Shown: positions 25,950 to 38,006, counted from the whole stretch's first letter. The stretch: 64,000 nt of DNA, filler included, from Basidiobolus ranarum (GCA_040143965.1; 12 parts of 12 records of this genome joined end to end with filler, not necessarily neighbours in it); one strand, 5' to 3'. The notes: a model not told the origin generated them from the sequence alone. Numbers and translations: made by a program.

Positions 25950-26781
25950 AAATTATGGGTGTTGTGTCCAAGAGAATAGTGTATAAAAAGTCTTGAACTT
26001 TACTGAACCAAAGAAACAGTTAAGTGCAGAATCTTAGAACTGTTTAAGCAGGATATATCAGCAGAGCAGATCTAACTAATATATGTCTTGGCAATAGCAG
26101 TGGGTTGCTATGTTACAGTAGAGAGTAGGTTTGCTAGGCAGCTAGGCTTGGTGTTCTGTAGGTGCTAGTAAATACTAGGCTTGGATAGGAATTAGAGGGG
26201 AATATTGAATCTGTTGATGAACACTAAGAAGTGTTGAGATCTTATATTTGTTGAGACACACACTAAACCAAAAGGTTCAGTTAGCTTTATTTATACTTTT
26301 TGATAGCAAAGTGAATTAGTCAGTGCCAAGATATTAGATTACTATTTCTGATAAAAGATATTGTGATTGGATAGATATATAGATTGATAAGTGAGTCATG
26401 CATCTGCTGAAGTCTTGGCAGTGAAAGATCATTGGTTATGAATCTTGTGACTCATATTGACTTGTGTCTGCACAGATGACTCAGAGGTTAACACTGATTG
26501 AATAATGATCATGTGATTGGTTGTATGATCTGATAGAAGGGATAAGGATATAGACAATTAGTCAGGTGATAGGTCACATGGTAAAATCACTGGATAAGGT
26601 CAGGTGACAAGTTAGCAATAAAGTTAAACTAAACATATATTCAAACAAGTTGTATAGATATGGTGTAAGTTGAAACAACTTTGTATGTTGGTGCACAACA
26701 TCATTCCCTCCCTGGATGAGGACTCTTCTTAGTAGATGATCCTCTACATTTCCAATATTGGTCAATGATAGAGATATCATC
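25950..26781 (-). mobile_element. Possible LTR retrotransposon 3' end (PPT plus LTR)
   Basis: Minus strand reads AGGGAGGGAATGA followed by TGTTG at 26700; CpG-depleted non-coding sequence follows. Left boundary not defined. Confidence 0.35.
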
Positions 26782-26881
26782 NNNNNNNNNNNNNNNNNNN
26801 NNNNNNNNNNNNNNNNNNNNNNNNNTTAATTAATTAANNNNNNNNNNNNNNNNNNNNNNNNNNNNNNNNNNNNNNNNNNNN

Positions 26882-27325
26882 CAAGGAGATGCATGCAATC
26901 TGAATGCAACCAACCCTGTTTACTTCAAATTCCATTGTATTTTAGCAGCCAACATCTTGGATCGTCTTTACAATCCTATTTCCTTCCTTGAAACTATACA
27001 TACACGTATTGTTGCGGGTGGATTTTTGGTTATTCTATCACCTAATACTTGGCTGTCTGATTTCACGCCCCACGAAAATTGGATTGGAGGTAAGAAAGTG
27101 GATGGAGAAAATGTCACAACGCGAGATGGTCTAGAACAAGTTTTAAGTCCTTGGTTTGATCTTGTTCGCATTAAGCCAAAAGACCCCAACTTTCGAGACG
27201 TTTTTGAAACCAAAAATACTAACGGCACATTAGACTCATTTCATGTTCCATTTGTACTTCGCGAGACTCAGCGTAAATACGAGTTTATTTTCGCAGAGTG
27301 TACAATTTGGAAAAAACGTGCTTAA
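26882..27325 (+). CDS. ovoA: C-terminal SAM-dependent methyltransferase domain of an OvoA-like ovothiol biosynthesis enzyme; 5' truncated
   Basis: Frame open from the contig edge: QGDACNL...ILAANILDRLYNPISFLETIHTRIVAGGFLVILSPNTWLSDFTPHENWIGGKKVDGENVTTRDGL...VPFVLRETQRKY...TIWKK. This matches the OvoA C-terminal motif series as I recall it. Confidence 0.85.
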   Translation, partial: QGDACNLNATNPVYFKFHCILAANILDRLYNPISFLETIHTRIVAGGFLVILSPNTWLSDFTPHENWIGGKKVDGENVTTRDGLEQVLSPWFDLVRIKPKDPNFRDVFETKNTNGTLDSFHVPFVLRETQRKYEFIFAECTIWKKRA

Positions 27326-28134
27326 ACTCAGATCTCCATTGAAATTTCCGTGAATTACTATGTAAAGAAAACATCTTAAAAAAATGTTACTTGAAATCTT
27401 GCGAAATTCTTTTCAACTATATATATATAACATCAAAGTAAGATTAGGGTTTTATCCAATTATTGAAGGGGGGCACAGTCAATTTGGACTTTGAACGAAC
27501 CCAAGTGTCACTTCTCAATGAGGAGCAACGCTCACTTTACGATTTGTTTATGCAGGCATTATCCATACGTAGCTAAAGACAGGTATTGAAAATGACGAGG
27601 AAATTCGTCTGAAATGGATTGAAACATGTAGGCAAATTATGAAGCAAGAAATTGTTTCGGACCAGCTTACAAAATATTCTTCCTGACCTCAAAGTAATCA
27701 TGAGATGTAGATTCTTAAAGGTTTGTTTTCAATTAGCTCGTATTTACAGCCCTCGGTTCAGCTAGGAGTTGAGTGCTAAAGGGAGGTGTGTGAGGGTCTA
27801 CGTTTAATATGGTCAACTCGTGCTTGAGACGTTAATTCACTCAATAACATATCAACACTCCTCTATTATAATATTCACTCTTCAAGTTCTGTAAATTCCT
27901 CAGAATCTCAATTCCTCGTGTAAACAGACCCTTCAAGTATTGATTGAACTGGATATCGCTAGTCTTGATCTGGTAGTGGAGCTCGGCCTCAATTCGTGAG
28001 TTATTTTACACTGTAATCAAGTAATGGGTATATACAAGATCTGGAGACAGTTAACCTGTACTTTAAGTTTTGAGTCCTCTGTACTATATCAACACCCTCA
28101 ATACGAATTGAACACTAATTCTTTGATGAAGTAG

Positions 28135-28710
28135 TTTGAGGAATTAAAAGAATTTATGGTTTCACTTATTGATTTATTGGGCAGAAAGTTGACATTTTTA
28201 GTTTTGTCAAGAGGTAAGCAAACAAATGTGTGAACTGTGTTAAAAAAGCTTTCAGGAACATGTGTGCAAATTTTGGGGCTTCTAGGACAAGTTTGAAAAA
28301 TCTATATATCTTCAAACTTCCAAGTAAATTCCGATCGAGAATAGTGAGTGATCTCTTAGTAAAATATAAAACAACTAAATACTAAGCTTTATATGACTAT
28401 ATAGATGTTTAGGCCAAGAAGAGTTGGTGGTTTTCACTTTCTGATTTATTAGATGCAAGCTGACATTTATAACTTTGTCAAGAATTAGGTAGACTGATGT
28501 GTAAAATATGTTTAGGAAGGTCCCAGGAATATGTGTATAAAGTTTGGGGTCCTTTGGACAAGTTTGAGGAAATCATACAATATTTTTACCAACTTGAAAG
28601 TTCTCAGATTATAAGTAAATTCCAAGTGAAGATATCTCATAATAACATAGTGAAATTTAGGTAGCTAGCTATATGACTATATAGATGCTTAAACTATGTC
28701 ATTTTCAACC
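28135..28710 (-). repeat. Two adjacent partial copies of Copia LTR family A (further partial copy at ~21645-21837)
   Basis: Shared blocks AAAGTTGACATTT.TA..TTTGTCAAGA, CCAGGAACATGTGTG, ACTAAATACTAAGC...TATAGATGTTTAGGC. Confidence 0.8.
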
Positions 28711-29386
28711 GAAATCTGAGCTCCAATAAAATTTTGCTTTACATCTTTGACTCTAGTAAAGCAGCTAATATGGTGGCTAGGTTTGTTCACACCAGCTTTG
28801 AGCAAACTTTTGGTTCAATATACTATTTCATTAAGTTTGATTATACCACTGAAGCTCCAACTTTGGCTTTAAAAACCCTTGGTGCATTTATTGAATAAGC
28901 AAGGGGATGTAATTGGGCAAAATATCCATTTGCAAGCTCTGCACAAAGGCCTACCACAAGTTTTGTCAATAAAGTACACGTGATTTGTTGTTAGACAGTC
29001 GATTTTCTTGTAACAGTCTAGGGAACAAAATGTGTCAAACTCCTGGAGAAATATGAATATGATTTACATTTATCTAACGAGGCAACAAGTGAAGTTGGCC
29101 AATTTAGAAGTCAAAGTTTTTTTGATGATTCTTTCTTACAACTGACAGAAATCTCACCATAATTGATGGAATCTTTATGATGTAGAAGGCTTGTCCTGCA
29201 AGAGAATATTTGCAGAGTTATTGACATTGTATATAGTCTAATTATATGTGTCAACAGAAAAGATTTCCACTTTCAAAACCCAAGTAGGATATAAATTATT
29301 TTACCTTTTCCTATGTCTTCAAATGATGAAAAGGTAGGAATTCTAAATGGTCAAAATACTGCATCCTATGAAAACAGCCTAGTAAC

Positions 29387-29716
29387 TGTTAAAGTTTTTT
29401 GGGAGCCTGTTGGAAGTGATTTGGAGAATTAGAGAAATTGGTGGTTTTCACTTAATGATTTATTGAGTAGAAAGTTGACATTTATAGTTTTGTCAAGATG
29501 TAAGCAAACTAACGTGTTGAATATGTTAAGGAAGGTCCCAGGAACATGTGTGCAAATTTTGGGGCTTCTAGCACAAGTTATCAAAATCTATATATCTTCA
29601 AACTTCCAAGTAAATTCCGATATCGAATAATGGGAGATATCTTAGTTCAATATAGGATAACTAAATACTAAGCTATATATGACTATATAGGTGTTTAGGC
29701 AATGCTAATTTCAGCA
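29387..29716 (-). mobile_element. Solo LTR (family A, 330 bp) with 5-bp target-site duplication GTAAC
   Basis: GTAAC(29382-29386)-TGTTAAAG...TTTCAGCA-GTAAC(29717-29721). Homologous to the LTR at 41817-42090, which abuts Copia RNase H. Confidence 0.9.
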
Positions 29717-30739
29717 GTAACAATCGACAACACCTGGAACGCTGTGAGTATTACTTTTTTTTAGAGTTCCAGTACTCTGACTGTATTTTGCAACTTTACT
29801 CCATGTCTGTTGACGATTTTCGGGGTAATTGGAGAGGTAACGAATAGAAGTGAGTGGCTACTCTGTGGAATCACACATCTTACATGTGTATTAATCGGAG
29901 CCAACGATTCTATCGAAAATCAACTCTTTAACCTCTTTAATCCCGCGAAGAGCACTGATGTCAAAAAAGAAGCCAAACTCAGAATGAGGTACATATCTCT
30001 ATCAGAATAGCCCGACCTTTTATTTGCCAATTGTCCTTGAGATTTTTCTACTCAATCTCGAGTATCGTTTGCCACAAAAAACTTTCAAAAATTAAAGCTG
30101 CTACATGAAGAGTTTATGTATTTTGATAGAAGCAAACCCTTCATATACAAATATATTCTAGAACAGGGTTTCATGTCGAGCATTAGAGGATGAATCTTAA
30201 AGCACTTGCAAAGGAATACTCGACAAAATCACCTACCTTTAAGTAAGTACCCAGTATAATGCTTCTCCACTTACACTAATTAAATATATGCCTTCAGGTG
30301 AGATAATCTTGACTTGAAGAGAGTTGATGATGTTCAAGACAAAGTTAGAAATAAAGCAACCTTTACTGTATCTCAGCTATTAGAACTCATCTCTGAAGAC
30401 TTACCCGAAAAACATTTCGAAGGTTTTGTGGTGTCTTAAATGGAGATGATTCAAAGTATCAGATATATTGTTGTATTTTATTCATTACTATTTTGATACC
30501 GCCTTACATCTGGTATTCAAAGTAAATTTCAAAGAATTCCTCACTCATATCCTAATGCTTTAGATTAAGCAGTGCTTCCTTAAATCTTCCTTATTATGGC
30601 TACATGAGTCATAATTGATCCCCTTCCCCAGCATTTATTGTGTTCGCTAGACCATCTCAGCAATCGACGGATATGATCTATAGTATTCTCTTGTTATTCC
30701 GAGAATCAATTAGCTTACAAGTATCACATATATACGAAG

Positions 30740-32144
30740 AATGATCATTCATGAGGCTGAACGAACATCGCAGGCCCTTGACTCCCTACCCTATGTCATG
30801 GGTTCTTCAGGTTTGATGGGAAACTTAATTTCAGTAAGCCAGTCAGAATGAGCTCCCGATTTGAATATCCACGACATTGTTCTCTCAACTCGTAGTTCAT
30901 TTGGAACATGATGGAGACAAACAGGAATTTCCAAAATGGTCTGTTCCGTATTAAATTCCATCCAAACCTGGGTTCCAGTCAGCCACCGTCAACATTTGAA
31001 ATACCACTCAAAGTCAACCAGTACATACCTACTGCCAAATCGCTCTTTCTTACCATGATTGCAACGATAGAGACGATTATGGCTGGATTGCCGGCTCGGA
31101 TCCCAAGTGCAGTAAGTAGCTCTCATGATTGTTCATGGAAGTGTACAAGGATACACAAATAATATTACGCATGCAGTTTCAGAATGAAGCATTGGAGACC
31201 TTTACTGACCTTAGCTGCGTCGAGTCGGCCTATATTGCAAGGGCCTTTCTGGTACGCAATGATACTACTCTGATGAATTCCCTTATATGTATGTATATAG
31301 ACACAGTCAAGGTGCAGAGAAGTGTTGCCGTTTCTCGCCTTTATTTACGTAAGCTCATTTGATTAACACTCGCTAGGCTATAAGTGGTTAGTTTCAATCT
31401 ACTCACTCACAATCAGAATACGCAAGCTGACACTGAGGCATCCCGTTTACAGCAACTTGTGCTTCAATCCAAGACATGCGATAATTAGCGTATCGAGCTA
31501 GCAATGTTTTGTTGCAATTACCTTAGCATCAAGGGTTCACTGGAACAAAATTTTGCCTGTGAGACCCTCAATTGAATATACGCTAGGAATCTCTGTTCTA
31601 ACCTTAAGAGGAAATATATCATCCCATGGAGAGATCTTTCATCAGGCAATGGACGAGTCAACTTCATCTCCGTGTTACATGGATTTTGGCGGATGTTGAA
31701 AACAACCGCCAGATCACCTCCTCATTTTCCGTTTGCGTAGATTTCAGCATACTATCCACATATTTCACATATCCCTTGATCGAGATCATACAAACTTCCA
31801 CCCCCTAACCAACCAATGAAAGTACTCCACAACCATAGATTTTCGTAGCCTTATCCGATCTTAGGATTGTAGGATACCATCGCTGCCGATGTATGCGGTA
31901 TTGCTTCCAAATCTATGGCTGTCTGCGCTTTCATGGGGGTAGTGCGGGATCTAGGAGGCAACATGATTATTCGCCCTGCCATAAGCCAGGCTCAAGGAAA
32001 GTCCAGCGGGGATTTCGTCGGTTTGGTTAGTAGCTATCTATAGGTGCTGAAATGCTTGCACCATGGAGACCGAAAAGGTCATGGGACCGCGCGACTGGCA
32101 GCGGTGGGGCATGAGGGTATCCGAGTTTCACGTGAGTGTTATCA
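30740..32144 (+). pseudogene. Unidentified spliced coding-like region with in-frame stops
   Basis: CpG-retaining, higher-GC sequence with GT-AG intron-like gaps (e.g. GTAAGC at 31349 to CTAG at ~31376) and open stretches, but internal stops. No family recognised. Confidence 0.3.
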
Positions 32145-32622
32145 NNNNNNNNNNNNNNNNNNNNNNNNNNNNNNNNNNNNNNNNNNNNTTAATTAATTAA
32201 NNNNNNNNNNNNNNNNNNNNNNNNNNNNNNNNNNNNNNNNNNNNAAGGATAATACACATGTGAGCGGACGTTAAGGGAATTTAACTGAACGATCAATGTA
32301 GGCAAAGTGATTGATTTTGTTTCCTTAAATCTTATACTTAATCGAATTCCATTCTACGTTTCTTGTATGTTGAAACAAGCCCTCTTCAGATTGATTCAGA
32401 TTGATCCTAATCTCGTACGTCATAGATATCGATTAATTACACAACTTTAGTTGGGTCAAGCTTGCTGAAATCCTCGACCCACCCCAACCCAATTTTATAA
32501 CCTGACCAGATCAATTGCTGAGCTGAACCGTTACATCTTTATTTTAATGTAGAACTCTGATATTGATTCAAGAAATTATCGAGTCGTGACCAACACCGAC
32601 TTTTTATAGATATTTGTGTGTA

Positions 32623-33678
32623 CTACACATAGCTAAATAATGCTGCCACAATAGCAAAGAACCATAGACCCAGGAAAACCCATACAGAGACGTACTTGTC
32701 CTCTGGGTCGTATTTTCTCGCCATGGGAAGCATTCCATTGATCACCGTATAAAGCAAAACCCCTGAGGCAAGCGCCAAAAGGGTAGCGCTGATTGCTTGA
32801 TTCCAATAGGTCACAAATAGCACATATCCCAACAGAGCTCCTAATAGCTGAACAACGATCCCCACACTGGCAGCTATAAAGAAGCTGATCCAACGTGAGT
32901 TTGTTGCATAATAAATAGGCAGCACAATCATCATTCCCTCTGGGAATTTGTGCAGTGCTAAAGCAATTCCAAACATAACTCCAACCTTTGTAGAGGCCAG
33001 CGTGGTTGTAAACGTGGCTAATCCTTCAGGGAAATTGTGGATTGCTAATGCGCAAGCAATCTGCCAACCAAGGGTTTTAAAATCTCCCCGGTTTTGAACC
33101 TGTGGCTGATGCTGGTGCTGTTCCTTATCAATTGTTGGTATCTCCTTCACTTCAATCACATGATGGTCTGCTACCTGACTAGAAGTAACCCCCTCTATCC
33201 CATGATCATGCTTGACAACGTGCTTACCAATGAACTTTTTGGCAACCATTACTATCACCACACCCATAATAAACACTGCAGTAGTAAGCAACGCTGCATG
33301 TTGAGGAGGTATGGAGCCGGAGTTTTTGTAATCCTGAATTGCTTCAGGGAGAAGATCCCCCAGTGTTAAAAAAAGCAGTACGCCAGAAGAAAAACCAAAC
33401 GAGCGAGCTAGGAAGCTTGGTGAATTGGTGATGCGAAAAGCCCATCCCATTCTAGCAGCAAGGTCATCCAAGAAGGGTAATAGAGAACCTATTGCACTGC
33501 ACACTCCACCCAATATAGCTAATCCAAAAGCCAAGCCAACATTTCCAGACGCAAGAACTCTATTACCAGTTTGATTCACTGAGGATTCCTCACTATGATC
33601 GTGGCCACCATGGGCTTGAATACCGGAAATGTGGCAGAACAAAGATTGCAAAATAATGAATAAGAACCATAACCTCAT
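32623..33678 (-). CDS. ZIP-family (ZupT/GufA-like) zinc transporter, intronless
   Basis: Signal-peptide-like N-terminus, HGGHDHS, multiple TM helices, ZIP motifs ALAIHNFPEGLATF and IALALHKFPEG..IVLPIYYAT. Confidence 0.93.
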   Translation of the reverse strand: MRLWFLFIILQSLFCHISGIQAHGGHDHSEESSVNQTGNRVLASGNVGLAFGLAILGGVCSAIGSLLPFLDDLAARMGWAFRITNSPSFLARSFGFSSGVLLFLTLGDLLPEAIQDYKNSGSIPPQHAALLTTAVFIMGVVIVMVAKKFIGKHVVKHDHGIEGVTSSQVADHHVIEVKEIPTIDKEQHQHQPQVQNRGDFKTLGWQIACALAIHNFPEGLATFTTTLASTKVGVMFGIALALHKFPEGMMIVLPIYYATNSRWISFFIAASVGIVVQLLGALLGYVLFVTYWNQAISATLLALASGVLLYTVINGMLPMARKYDPEDKYVSVWVFLGLWFFAIVAALFSYV

Positions 33679-34986
33679 AATACAAGTCCACTCGACGTCC
33701 AAATAAAGAAAAGATCTAGAATGTAAGGGAAGACACGGGAAAGTTGGCGGTGTTAAAATGAGGAAAAGTGTATTTAAGTTGAAGTCTTGACATCCATCTT
33801 TATTACTATTTTGAGGTCTATATTGTTGCTTGAATACAAATGAAGTCTTTTTATTCGTTGTAGCATAATTGAGTCAGGAGGTGAACCAAGACTTGAGTTT
33901 CAAGTTTTCCCATAGAACACTATTAATTGTTCTAGAAGCATGCAATATTTGAAATATACACCATGCAGTAGTCATTGATTAGAACTGAATAGTTATGGTA
34001 TTTAAGTACGTTGCTCATAGTATGCAGCTTGCATTTTAATTAAGCAGTACATAATGAACCAGCTCCCGTGCATCAGAGATACTACGAATGCATTGAGAGA
34101 GCTACATCAACTGGACAATCTGGTGGAAGTCAGTTGATTTCATTGATAATTTGACCCACTCTCAGTCCCGTCATATACCCCACCCCAGCATGAATTCCTA
34201 AGTCAACTATTGTCACGTCAAAACGCGTTTTCAGTTTTTGATGTTTAATTTAGTTAGTTTTTGAACTTTTATGAAAGGACGATTAATCTGGAATAGGATA
34301 TAATATAATCGGTAATAGGGTCTTGGTAGAAGAATGGAAATGAAGGCCGAGTAACTTCTAAAAAAGTGCATGTCAAAGTCATATATATTTGCATAGTAAC
34401 ATCAATTTAAAAACCCGTGTATATCAACACATCACAAAAATGATGGCGAACTTGTTTCGTATTGGATCAAGACCTAATAACTTAAGAGAATAACAAAAAC
34501 AATACTATTTAAGCCCAATCGCCATTATTAACCAGGATTGACTAATCCGATACCTTTACGATAATATAAAGTATGCTAAAATTTCAAGTTTAGATAAATT
34601 ATTGGACTGATGACTCAAAAAATATCTGCAAAAAAGTCAGACTTAGTTATGGAAGAACAACTAATAGGGATCTGTGGACGTGGTTGTTTTGTCCTTGTTT
34701 TTAATATCAACTTTCCTTCTGACATTCAGCTACGCTTATTGTTATCTCTATCTTCCTCAGTTTCTTGTGTTCCACTTGAACACTAGTTTATAGATTCCGT
34801 TATTTTAAAATTAAAAATAGTTACTATACTTCTTTAATTGGAGTTAGTCTTTCACCTCATTTTAACTTAATCTACCCTCTCGTAAACCTAACCTTAGTAT
34901 ATTTAACCCCTCATCACTAGGCCTAGATCCAGGTTGATATCTAAAAAACCCACATTCTGTCACAAACCAACATAAACTCACCGCAC

Positions 34987-35922
34987 ATGACCTCTGGATC
35001 CCCCCAGTTTTCTTCAACTGAAGAAGAAATCAGATATTGGAAGGATAAAGCGATAAATTTAGAACGTGAACTAATCGAAACACGGGATAACCTCGAGGAT
35101 TTTCAAGAATCTTCGCGAGAGTTGGAGGAAGAATTGGAAAAAGAACTAGCCAATACAGAGTCAGCTAATAAAGAGTTAAATCATAAATATCAAACGTTGA
35201 AACTCGAGCTGGACTCGTTACGTCAAAAGAATCAGGATTCTAAGCTGGATGCTAATCATACAATTAGCACGATGCAAAAAGAGATAGACACACTGAGGCA
35301 GGCATATGAACTTTACAAAAAGAGAAATAGAGAGCTGGAGCAGAATAACGATGATCTCGAAACGTACGGAAGAAGAGCTCAAACCAGTATCGAGGACTTG
35401 GAAGAGCATCTTAATAAAGCAGTGGAGTGGAAAATCAAATTAGAGCACGAAACCGAGGTGAAGAATCGTTTGATGGAGGAAGTTCAGCGGTTAAAAGATG
35501 AATTAAAGGATCTGCAAACCGAGCTGGAAATTGTTCGCTCGCGAGGAGGAGCTTTACCACCTCCATCACCAACCTTTTCACGGGCTCCTTTCCCTCATTC
35601 CTCCAAAAAACACTCACTTCTTTGCCCCCTACCTGAACCCCATAAGTCCAATAACCCACTGGCTATGGTTCAAGAGATCATGGAGAGAGTAAAATCCTTG
35701 GAAGGGAGACTGGCTAGTTCTAGAAGTTTGATTACACCTCTATTAACACCTTCTAGATCTAATTCTCCAATTCAGCCAACTACACCTACCACCCCAACTA
35801 AACCAGATTTGTCTGCCGCCTTCAATGCAAAATTACCATTTATGAGCCCTCCTTCGAAGCTTGGAAACCGGACGAAATCTCTGAGAGCAGATAAAACTAG
35901 ACGATTTAGCAATCTCATGTAA
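34987..35922 (+). CDS. nudE: Nuclear distribution protein NudE/NDE1-like (dynein/LIS1 regulator)
   Basis: 'FSSTEEEIRYWK...LEDFQESSRELEEELEKEL', 'RELEQNNDDLE', 'EEVQRLKDELKDL', C-terminal 'IMERVKSLEGRLASSRS'. Confidence 0.92.
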   Translation: MTSGSPQFSSTEEEIRYWKDKAINLERELIETRDNLEDFQESSRELEEELEKELANTESANKELNHKYQTLKLELDSLRQKNQDSKLDANHTISTMQKEIDTLRQAYELYKKRNRELEQNNDDLETYGRRAQTSIEDLEEHLNKAVEWKIKLEHETEVKNRLMEEVQRLKDELKDLQTELEIVRSRGGALPPPSPTFSRAPFPHSSKKHSLLCPLPEPHKSNNPLAMVQEIMERVKSLEGRLASSRSLITPLLTPSRSNSPIQPTTPTTPTKPDLSAAFNAKLPFMSPPSKLGNRTKSLRADKTRRFSNLM

Positions 35923-36764
35923 ACCCTTTTCCTTTATCCTTCTGTTTTGTACGTTTTCTTAAATGTGAGTACAGTTACTGCTCCACTTACTCTTCCTGAT
36001 ATCATTTACTAATGTTGATTCTCGCTTATAACCTTTATTCATTTACCGTGTACCAATCGTGTTCTATTGATTTTGAATTTTTCCTGTTTCATCCTCCATG
36101 TATTTTGAAAAACTCGACTAAAACATTAAACCAGAAATATCTCCATGTATAATAAGAGGAAGTAATCTGTCAAAAGAAATTGTGTGTATTATCTTATACG
36201 TGGTGTTACTTGGATAAATTGTGGCTCCTTGACTAATTAGTTTAAATTGAGCTGAGTACCCTTATAGCAGGAAAGATTGATGTTTCATAGTGAATATAAG
36301 CCACCTGTTTACCATATTGTATTAGACGAATTGAGAGGCTTGAGAAATAAGCTTCGAAATTAGCTGAATCTGCGTGATTCTCAAGTCAGAATCCCATCAA
36401 GTAAATCCCGAATTCAACAACGATCACCGTCGTGGACCTGGGCTAGGAGTCGATTAAATCTAGACTTGAAATCATCCAAGTTTCATAATGAATACAAGTG
36501 TAAAGGGGGACATGCCATGATCAGAAGACCATAAGAGTTATTCATAGGGGTTAGCATCACTCGGTTAGCCGCACTTAACCTCACCTTGCTTTTGGAGTGT
36601 TATTTACATGAACGTAAAATAATAACTTACGTTGAGCTCAGATTGCCGTATTTGTTCGTTCGCATTGATTGGAGCTCACATGATTTAACAGTCATCTCTT
36701 TCGAGGGTTATTTAAGCTTCGTAATGCTGCTTGTGCTTGAATTGAATCGTTCCTTTGCTTGATA

Positions 36765-37500
36765 ATGTTACCAAGAACTTTCACTCGCGCAGTGCCTGCT
36801 AGCCTCTTCATCTCTCGCAGAATTACCCAAAAGGTTTTTAACTCCAATCTCTTCATCACAGTCAATGATACCTGGTTAACATTCTATATAGGGTATTCGC
36901 TTGAACTCAGCCGCTTTATTACAACTCCGTAATCTACATCTTCATGAGTATCAATCGAAGCAACTGATGGACAAATACAATGTGGACACTCAAAAATTCA
37001 AAGTGGTAACTTCTGTGGACCAAGTGCTCAAGGCCACCCAAGACCTTCTAGATCAGAGTAAATGGTCCCATTGTAATGAATCCTATATCTCTCACAAGTA
37101 TTGATTCATCATTCCATTATAGACGCCCAAGAATTTGTTATTAAAGCCCAAGTTCATGCTGGTGGGAGAGGAAAAGGCACTCTAAGCAGTGGACTTAAAG
37201 GAGGCGTTCAACTTACAACTGAGTAAGTAGCAACTTTATGAAGGCTATTTCTGTTAGATGTGAGTTGTAACTTTTCCTTAGCCAAGAAAAGACAAAGGAC
37301 TTCGTCAGCAAGATGCTTGGATATCGTTTAGTGACACACCAAACCCCTCCTGAAGGTGTTCCAGTTCAAAAGGTGAGAAAAGTCCTCATTTAACGGAATC
37401 AATGGTTCTAGTCTTCCTGACACTTGCTTGTAGGTTATGATAGCTGAAGCATTGGATATCGCTCGCGAAACCTATTTTGCTATCTTGATGGATCGTTCCT
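36765..37500 (+). CDS. Succinyl-CoA ligase beta subunit, GDP-forming (SUCLG2-like), mitochondrial; multi-exon, 3' truncated
   Basis: Transit peptide MLPRTFTRA, then [66 protein letters not shown] across four introns. Confidence 0.9.
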
Positions 37501-37600
37501 NNNNNNNNNNNNNNNNNNNNNNNNNNNNNNNNNNNNNNNNNNNNTTAATTAATTAANNNNNNNNNNNNNNNNNNNNNNNNNNNNNNNNNNNNNNNNNNNN

Positions 37601-38006
37601 TTCAAGATATCATATCATGAAAGAACGTTATGCCAAGGACTTGATTGTGGAAGCAAACACTTTGAAGACTTTGGTACAACAACAGATCTTGCCTAGTGCC
37701 TACGAATATCGTAAGGACCTTGCTGTTGGAGCTAAAAATATGGTGGATATTGGAATAGATGCCTCTGCTGAGACTACCACTTTGACTGAGCTCTCAAAAA
37801 CCCTTTCAGGTTTCCAAGATCTAGTAACCAAGCTTACCGAGGTGGTTGATGAGGTTGAATCAAATGAACATGAACAAGCCAAAAATGCCTGTAAAAACAT
37901 TATTCCACTTATGGAAGAGATTAGAGTACGCACAGATAAGCTAGAAGAGGTAGTAGCAGACAAGCATTGGGCACTTCCCAAAAATACCGAGATCTTGTTC
38001 TATTAA
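37601..38006 (+). CDS. Glutamine synthetase type III, C-terminal part; 5' truncated
   Basis: 'ERYAKDLIVEANTL..LVQQQILPSA...IIPLMEEIR...DKLEEVVADKHWALPKNTEILF' follows the GSIII C-terminal pattern (E.Y.K.i.IEA...M..lR...D.LE..v....WPLP.Y.elLF). Confidence 0.85.

Noticed and set aside
26882-38006. Metabolic gene cluster of OvoA, ZIP transporter, succinyl-CoA ligase and GSIII
   Set aside because: Spread over three unlinked contigs.
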